Source: Paramecium tetraurelia
Lineage: Eukaryota
Assembly: GCA_000165425.1 (NCBI GenBank)
Contig: CT868352.1
Coordinates: forward strand, 310,001 to 374,000
Length of the DNA: 64,000 bases
Direction: 5' to 3'
A model generated the notes under the pieces. It made no database searches. It was not told the origin of the DNA and worked only from the letters and a program-made list of their open reading frames with translations. The position numbers and the translations under genes were made by a program. This document shows, in pieces, positions 54,253 to 64,000 of the stretch; within the stretch, counting starts at the first letter, position 1; each line of letters starts with the position of its first letter.

Positions 54253-55200
54253 ATGATCAATTAAGGTAGATCAAATGATGCTGCAGTGTTCAGGGCGCTC
54301 CTCAACACTTAAGCTTAAATATTTTGCTATTAAGTGATTGCTGAGGGAACTCAATATCATTAAGAAGGAAACTACTCCCGCAGAGGGAGTAGCTGCTAGA
54401 CCCCTATAACTAAACCTCTTTTTATGGCATGCAAATATTAGAGGCCCAGTAAGAACTTCTTATAAAGGTGGGATCTTTCACCTTGAATTAATTATACCCT
54501 CAAAATATCCATATGAACTACCCTAAGTAAGAACTTTTATTTAATTACCTCATCCTAATCTGACTTTGAATTCTATTTGTCTAGACATACTCCAGCCTCG
54601 AAATCCTGAGGACAAATAGTAAAAAGATTTGTCAAGTGATTACACAATTTAAACTCTCCTATTATGGTTGCAGGCCTTTTTGTTTTAAGAATTAAAAAGA
54701 ACAGATAATTATCTTAAACTGCTCACTGAAACCAAATAAGCTGTTATAGTTGCCAATAATTTTAAATGTTCTGACAAGGATTGTAAACATAACGCTAAAG
54801 AATCGAAAATTGAATATTATATTAACACATAACCTGAGTAATAATTATTAGAATAATAATTCATCTGTTACAATAATACTAAGTTAAGTTACAAAAAAAC
54901 CATAATTTGATGATGTAACCAATATGAAATAGAATAATTGTTTAGGAATCCTATTGGATGTGTGAAAAGTGCCGAGGACTGGAGCAATCAAGCAAGCAGT
55001 TCCATCTTAAGATTATGTTTCAATCAAAGCCTTTATAAATGAAAAGATCAATTAATTCTTTGTATAAAAAGTATACTCATTGATTGCCTCTTTATTTTGG
55101 TAAGACTGATAAAAAGGGAGAGTGTTGTATATGGAAGGATGGCCTTATATCTTTATCGTCAACACGTTAAACATTAATCGATGAGGAGAAATTTAAAATT
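54253..55200 (+). pseudogene. Ubiquitin-conjugating enzyme (E2) pseudogene with C-terminal extension
   Basis: AIK*LLREL, WHANIRGP, YKGGIFHL, YPYELP, HPN, ICLDIL. TGA codons at 54335, 54908/54911, 54963 and 55081, plus frameshifts. Confidence 0.8.
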
Positions 55201-55524
55201 TATAAGGCAGGAACAGGAACATTTATATATATATATTAAACTATTATGATTAGATTAGAGAAAAAAAGGTAGGGGAAAAGAAACCTAAAAGCTTTAAAAA
55301 ATAACAAAATACAACTAAATTTGAAGTAAAGATCTTAAAAGTGTCAAAGAGTTCTTAGGTCTTTAAAGGATGTTAACGTAAATTCTAGAATTTGAATGAT
55401 GAGTTTGAGAATTAGATTATATCTAATACATTACATATTATTTTATTAAGATAGCATTAATGTAATTTTTGAATACATTTCTTAAAATAATGTAATTGAA
55501 AAATTAAATATATTTTATTATAAG

Positions 55525-56769
55525 ATGATTTAAGAAGGTGTTGTGGATTTCTTAAAACAAAAACCTTAAAGCCTTCTTTCATACAATAATTAAAAAGGAT
55601 CGTCTCGTCCAAAGAGTTAATAAAAATATGGTAATCAACAATAATCTTAATTGCGTCCCCCATCATCATAACTTTAGAGTGTTAGTGGAGCTGTAAAACA
55701 CAAGTAATATATTCACAAAAAGAACAATCTGATGATGAATAGGTAGTCTCATGCTCAATTGCAGCAATAATAAAAGGATGATCACAATTGTTATGAAATC
55801 ACTCCTTAACTATTATCGGAAATAAGTATGGATGATCCCATTTGGAAACGAATTCTTCCAGAGAATCTGAGTCTGAATGAGAAACAACTCATACAATTAC
55901 TCGATGAAAATACAGATTATTTTTATCATAACTTAAAGTTGTGTGCTTGTTTCAAATGCACTTGTGGAAGATGCAAATGTGATGCTAGTACCCAAGTCAA
56001 ACTCAAACTTAATGGAATTTTCTTAACAAATTATGATAAAGATTTTGTAAACAATCACAAATCAAAAAAAAGTGTAACAAATCCACTCAATTAAAAAACA
56101 TACGATACCAATTTTATGGATCAAAAATCTATAAATTTGAAATCTCTCTATTAATAAGATTATCAATAATAACCTCTTGAATTTTAACCAAATCTAAAAA
56201 AACATTCTAACCAATAAATTGGGTCTGTGTCCAATCTAACAAGTTACAGAGTATTTATCTAATTCTAACTTAGTCTAATTACAATGATTGGGGCACTAAT
56301 TATCATAAATATACTCCATTCCCTCACATAAGCACTAGTCCTGACATCAAATTCATTGGCACCTCCCAATACAAAGACTCATATATGTCTCCAAACAGAT
56401 GGAGCATTAATAATGCACATTATTTCAAGACTTCTTTGTAAACAATCTCTCCATATTTTAGAACACCTATACCAACTGGATAGTTTGAAGGATAAACTAC
56501 ACATAAAACTAGTTTCATTCCATACTCAACATCTCATAAATCTTAGATTGATCGACAACACGTATTGAATATTAACAATTTAGGTTTACGAAAAGATACC
56601 TACTTTTGAAGGGTAATTTATATCGACAGAAATGCATGATTACATTCAAAAAGAGGATAAGAATTGTCCAGCCAAATAATTTTAAAAAATATTTCGTTAA
56701 TAAATGGCAGATAAACTTTTCAAAAAAAAATAACAATTCCTCAAAAACTAAATATAATAAAATTATTGA
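55525..56769 (+). CDS. SAXO/STOP-like microtubule-stabilising protein
   Basis: Frame extends upstream of the track ORF to ATG 55525. Cys cluster CACFKCTCGRCKC and Mn-like repeats (TSYR..W, TSQYKDSY, FEGQTTHKTSF). Confidence 0.65.
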
Positions 56770-56792
56770 TATTTAAAAGAATATACACACAA

Positions 56793-57555
56793 TCAATGTT
56801 ATTTATTTTTTTTCTTTTTTTTTTATCCTTCATATTATAATTCAGGTCTTCTTTAATTATCTTATATTTCGTATTTTTTCTATGTGATTTTACCATTTTC
56901 ATTTCTTTTTTCAATTACAGTAGTTTTACCTCCATTTTTGATAGTCTCTTTAGTTACAGTAACTTATTTGCCATTACTAAAATAAATTAATATTTCTACA
57001 TAAATTATGTGGTTGTTGATATTGATTTTGAATAACCACCCTAATTATTATCAAAAAAGGGAGGGTCGATAAAATTGTTTATCATAGATCCAAAAATAGA
57101 GTTCCTGTTCTTCTTCTTCTACTTCTTTCTTCTTCGATTCTCAAATATCATAAATTCATCGTCATCTGATCCGAACAAAAGATCTCCGGAACAAAAGAAA
57201 TTATTAAATATTTCAAAAGGATCAAATGTGAAAAACCCAAAATCACCATCCTCTTCATGTTAATGGATTTATTCCTCCATACTATAAATACTAGAAATAA
57301 TATTATACCCTTAATGACCATATTGATCATAAATTTTTCTCTTTCCTATATCAGATAGAACAGAATAAGCCTCTCCTATTTGTTTGAACATTTCTTGAGC
57401 CTTCTCTTTATTTTCTGGATTTTTATCCTATAATATTGTATAATCTATACAGGATGCCATTGCAAAGCTAATTTTCTGTATTATTTTTTGATTTCATCTG
57501 GAGTAGCTGCTCTATTTATTCCAAGTGTCACATAATAACACTCCTTTTGTATCAT
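56793..57555 (-). CDS. DnaJ/Hsp40 co-chaperone (DNAJB6-like, G/F-rich)
   Basis: [25 protein letters not shown] (HPD interrupted by an intron), [10 protein letters not shown]. Confidence 0.92.
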
Positions 57556-57814
57556 TTCCTTAAATAAAAAAATATTGGCATGCTATATTTTTATTATAAA
57601 ACTTCATTCGAATTTTCTAGAATTCATAATTTTAGTTATATTATGAGATTAATTTAACTTCATTACACTTTAAGGTTGTCTAACTTAAAACTTGAAAAAA
57701 GATATATATTTAGATTGTCTTTTAGAGAACCATCAATAAAAGTACTTATATATTATAATATATGAAAAATTTTAATTGTAACTAATTATTTTTTTAAATA
57801 ATATTTAATATTTC

Positions 57815-59294
57815 TCAATCTTTTAAATCAACATAATTCTTTTTGCTTTAAAATAAACTTTGTATTTCATTCTTTGTTAAACCCTTTGTTTCAAAAAAAA
57901 AGAAATAAAACATAGCTTCCAATAATAGGCATACTGCTGCAAATATCCCAAAATTGAATTGTAGACTCAATTATTCAACTATGATGGGAAAGATTTGAGC
58001 CAAGGCTGCACAACTGAACCAATTAATAAAAGTGACTAATGATATTCCTTTGGCTGGTAGGACTTCTGATAGATAGACCCAAAACACAGGGCCCAAAGAA
58101 AGACTATACGAAATGACATAAATAACTAGAAACACTAAATTGAATATCTAATAGTATTGTTCTTAATTTTCTCCTGATGACTAAATCGAGATGATTACAC
58201 AAATGAATGTTAATGATATAAAACAGAATGCGTTACCAATTAATAAGACAATTCTTCTCCCTGCTCTATTAATCATAATACTGCTGAATATAGAGGCTGT
58301 AATACTTACTAAACCATTTGTGACATTTGCTAAATTTATTAATGTAGTGTTATCATTTGTCATGGCACCAATAATAGAACCAGCATAAAAGTTGACAGCA
58401 TTAATTCCAGCAAATTATTATAACACTCCGAAGATCATACAGAGAATCATACTTTTTTTATACGATTTACTAAATAGGTCTTTAATGCTTTGATCCTCTT
58501 CCTACATATTCTGTTTAATTTATAGTAGTAATTCCTCGATTTCTTCATTTGTAGTCGTACTTGGATAGGAACTTTAAATTTATAATATGGCTTTTTCATC
58601 ATTTCCATTCTTCACTTACTCAAATGGCAAATCTGATCTCAAAATTGAAAGCATGCCAAAAAGGCGGATAACACAGGGAATAGCTGTAAACATGAAAATC
58701 ATCTTCCAATTGTTAAAACCTAAATATCCATAATATTAATCCACATTATATTCAGAGGCAGGCTATCCGATAAATATCCATTAGATTGCAAAACCTAATG
58801 TTAAACCGACCATCATTAGACATGGACCGAGTCCAACAAATATTCCCACATTGTTTAGAGGCACAAAATGATAGATGTATTGAATTACTAAAGCACTATT
58901 CAATCCTGTCAAAAATCCTTATAAGGTTCTACATAAGATTAAAACACTTAAGTTTTGTATTGTGAACAGCAATCCTATGCAGATTCCAATTATGTCAAAG
59001 AGAATGAAGGTAACTCGATAATTGAGTCTCTTAACTATCATCGCTATAAATATATCACACTATCATATTACATGACACTAGAGCTGCAACAGCAGCCCCG
59101 ATTGGAAGTGATGCATTTATGAATCCTTCAATGACACTCTTGTTGGGAGATGTTATAAATTCCAACACATAAGCAATAGAATCCTAAGTAATTGCGTAAT
59201 ATGTTAGAGCATAGCCAATATAAAGGTATCCCATGGTTATAAACAGAACTTTGCATAAAAGATCACAAAAGAGTGTATTATCTTATTTACTCAT
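57815..59294 (-). CDS. Sugar porter family MFS transporter
   Basis: QQFAGINAVNFY, GRR loop, SLGPVFWVYLSEVLP, ETKG. Confidence 0.9.
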
Positions 59295-59322
59295 TATTAT
59301 GAATTTGATGTTATCATTAATA

Positions 59323-60954
<1,632 letters not shown>

Positions 60955-61088
60955 TATTAATATAATTTTATTTATAGTATTTACTAACTAATATTACTTA
61001 TTAGCCTTATAACAAACAACCTCCAAACACTCTCAATCCAAAATTACTTAATTATTTCTTCCATATTCTTATTATCATATAAATATTT

Positions 61089-61777
61089 ATGGAAACAGAA
61101 TCTAAAATATAACAAAGCCTCTTAATTTTGCGATAAGTCTCCCCTCCAGTATTTGGATCATTGCATCATAACAGAACTCCTAATTTGGATTAATTGGACT
61201 AACTTGCATAAATCTCAGTAATGAGGAGAAAGAAATCAAATGATCCCCACAAAACCGAACCCATCTACACTGACATCCGCAGTAAATCATTCATAAAATT
61301 AGGAAAATACAATAAAATAGAAAGAAGAAATCAACAAAATAATTAAAACTAAGTAACCCTCATTGCCATACTTGCCCAAAAAATAAAAAGAATTTTATAA
61401 TAAATGGTACATACCTTATGATTAGAGGTATCTTTAAAAGCCTGATGTAGTGGAATAGCAATATTAAGGTATTTATGTCTATCTTCAACTTTTAGATGAA
61501 TTGCACTTTTATAAAAATATGCATAATATGTATGTACAGTATAATCCATTCGATCAAAAGCTACCTGATGATCTTATCAAAAAGATTGGTTACAAAGAGA
61601 GAACAGAGGCACTCAAAGAAATATTGAAAGGGCAGAAGTAGATAATTGAATTTAAAAGGTTTTTATTCATGATCATTACGTAGGAATTTAGAAAAAGAAA
61701 AATAAAGGGTTCCTGAATTTATAAAATAATTAGTAGACTCTGATAAAAAAAAATAAAAAAAAAAGTCATACTCATGA
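61089..61777 (+). CDS. Hypothetical protein
   Basis: ATG GAA ACA GAA, long open first exon, probable introns, probable TGA at 61775. Confidence 0.5.
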
Positions 61778-62015
61778 AGTTTTTTAGTATTTATTTCATT
61801 ATTCACAAACTGTTTCAATAATTATAATTCAACTTATACAAATTTATAATTAGGAATTTGTCCCTACACTTTTAGTCTTCGATTATTTTGCACTTCAATT
61901 AGGTGAAATTAAGTGATATATTTATTTTCAATATTTCTTATGATTTTTATATAAAGTTTAATGAAATTTAATTTAATTTGATAAAAAGATAATTTGTTTA
62001 ATTATAAAATAATAA

Positions 62016-63821
62016 TCAATTATCATCTTCAACATCATCATGTTCCTCATCATCTTCTTTTATGATGGGTTATGTAACTGGATCAGTAATTAAAGTAGTA
62101 GAGAAGATTAATTCAAATAAATTTTTTTAATCTTAAATGTGCTTCTTTTTATTGAGAGGAGGTGGGAACATAGGATCAATAGCAATTCGGATTGAATTTT
62201 CAATAAGATGCGAAATTAACCTAGCTAAAAGTGGACAGCATGTTTCCAAACAAGGATTAGTATTCACTTCGATAAGCCAAGGTTTCATATCTTAATCAAT
62301 CATATAATCTAATCCAAATAATTCAAAAGTGTAAAAATGTCGATTTGGATCTAAGTGTTGATATGTCGCTTTTACAATGTCAGTACTTAACTTTTTAAGT
62401 TATTCAATTATTATTGAAAAATTGTAATTATGATTATCCTGTAAGTATTTTTAAAACTCATTAAAAGACACCTAAATTAGATATTATTTAATTACTTTAT
62501 TGCCAGTTTCATATTTTCCATAATTTTAATTCTTCTTCTAAACTGCATCATTGGTTAAATGAGTAAATTTGTCTTCCACATCATCCAATGAGAACTCTTT
62601 GCAACTCGTTCTGATATACCCCTCCTGATACCAATAGGCTTTGAATTTATTATTGATGCTGGTCATCAATATATAGCATCTAATATCAAACTTTCTTTTA
62701 TTGTAGAGAAGAGGTTTCTCCATATACTTTTGAACAATAAAGGTTTTTTTCATTCCATTATGATGATTCGTGGATTGAGAAATAATTGATTTTACCTTTT
62801 GAATTGAATTTGCCACTTAAATGCCGTTCCCTCTATTCGATGACTCCCCTGGTTTTACTATCCACAGATTTACATTCTGTGTTTAAGCATACTATTCAAA
62901 TTCTAAGTAAGCAGGATCATTTGGACCTGTTTAGACATGATACGTAAGCGGTATAAATTAAAAGGGATCCTCATTTCGAGAAATATAGTAATTTTTCATA
63001 TTATAAAAGAGGGCCTTTTTATTGCACACTTAAAAATTACATTCTAAATGATTATGTACTTTCAAACTAGCACTCTAATTAAATATCGAGTATTCTGAGT
63101 CTTCAATTTTATATTTCAATTTGTCATTTACTTATTTCTTCTACAATTTACTAAATACAGCCAACTCTAATTGCTACTTTTATAATTGTTCATAATGTGC
63201 TTATTTTCGTAATTAAGTCCAATAGAAATTCATGTCTTCACTAGGTTAATCAATCAATATCCACCATGGTCTTTATTTCAGACTCTATCTGATCAATACT
63301 CCATTGTTACCCTTAGTCACAAAAGCCTTATAGATGGCTCTATCGGGAGGTTAAACACTTAAATTATTTGATAGTGCCATAAGAATGGGAAATTCATTTT
63401 ATTCAAATATTATATTGCTATCCTCATTTTTAGAAGTTATTGCTCTTTTAATTGAAAATTATTTTTAAGGAATCAATCTAATATCTTTCTTACTTCTTTC
63501 CTAAGAATGTGATTCAGTAGGTACATCAATAAAACTTTTTTTTACGAATAGTTTCATCTCACTAGCTTTTCTAGTTTAAATTTCTATTTTTGGAGGATAA
63601 GAAATAACAGTTGGTAAAAATTAAGGAGTGCATTAAGAACAGGTTTTCAATTATTGTTGTTATTCTTATTATTTATTAATGAGTTCGACAAATTGTTGAA
63701 ACCCTTTGAGTTTTATCGCATTCACTTTCGGCTGATGTTATCGAATTGGTTATTAAAAGGCAACATCTTGAAATTTCTAATTGCCCTTTATATACAAAAA
63801 TTCCAAATCAGGTTTCAGCAT
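62016..63821 (-). CDS. Tubulin-tyrosine-ligase-like (TTLL) enzyme, tubulin glycylase/glutamylase family
   Basis: HNHLE..NKKALF, WIVKPGESSNRGNGI, VQKYMEKPLL..KFDIR, HLTN, FELFGLDYMID..WLIEVNTNP. Confidence 0.92.
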
Positions 63822-63889
63822 CAAAATATAAAAATAATAATAATTGTCAGTTCTATAATAATTATACTATATAAAGATAATATCGCAAT

Positions 63890-64000
63890 TCATAAAAAAT
63901 TCTTTATTTTCAATTGTCTATGGCTTAAAGAAACACATATTGCTTGATTGATCAATAGATTTAGTTCTTATTATAGTGGTTTTTGGTTAATAATATTGAA
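63890..64000 (-). CDS. Probable 3' end of a gene starting beyond the window
   Basis: Frame ..QELNLLINQAICVSLSHRQLKIKNFL-TGA ends at 63890. Confidence 0.3.

Noticed and set aside
54335..55083. In-frame TGA codons as selenocysteine or read-through in the E2 gene
   Set aside because: They fall at Arg/Trp-type positions rather than the catalytic Cys and come with frameshifts. Pseudogenisation is the simpler explanation.

Overview
AT-rich, very gene-dense eukaryotic DNA from a ciliate, most likely a Paramecium (aurelia-group) macronuclear chromosome. TAA and TAG read as Gln, TGA is the only stop, and introns are tiny (about 20-30 nt, GT..AG). The supplied standard-code ORF track therefore fragments every gene, so I re-translated the window by hand with code 6. 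About 40 genes are supported: several kinases (AMPK/SNF1, CDPK, MAP3K-like, CDK-like, atypical and pseudo-kinases), RPL19, RPS14, BCH-RhoGAP, RING-B-box-Kelch, condensin CAP-D2, an HP1-like chromodomain protein, DNA polymerase eta, Rab11, GCN5, LMBR1-like, TMEM230-like, OSBP, eIF2A, two MFS transporters, SAXO-like, DnaJ and a TTLL enzyme. The most interesting observations are: an intact ~770-aa ORF that looks like a Trl1-type RNA ligase/kinase/CPDase with its catalytic motifs degenerated; a frameshifted RPL19; two clear pseudogenes (MAP2K, ubiquitin E2); a CAP-D2/HP1-like/Pol eta block; and gene pairs separated by only 10-12 nt. No RNA genes, transposons, telomeric arrays or CRISPR were seen. 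Coordinates are manual and some start codons and intron placements are approximate.
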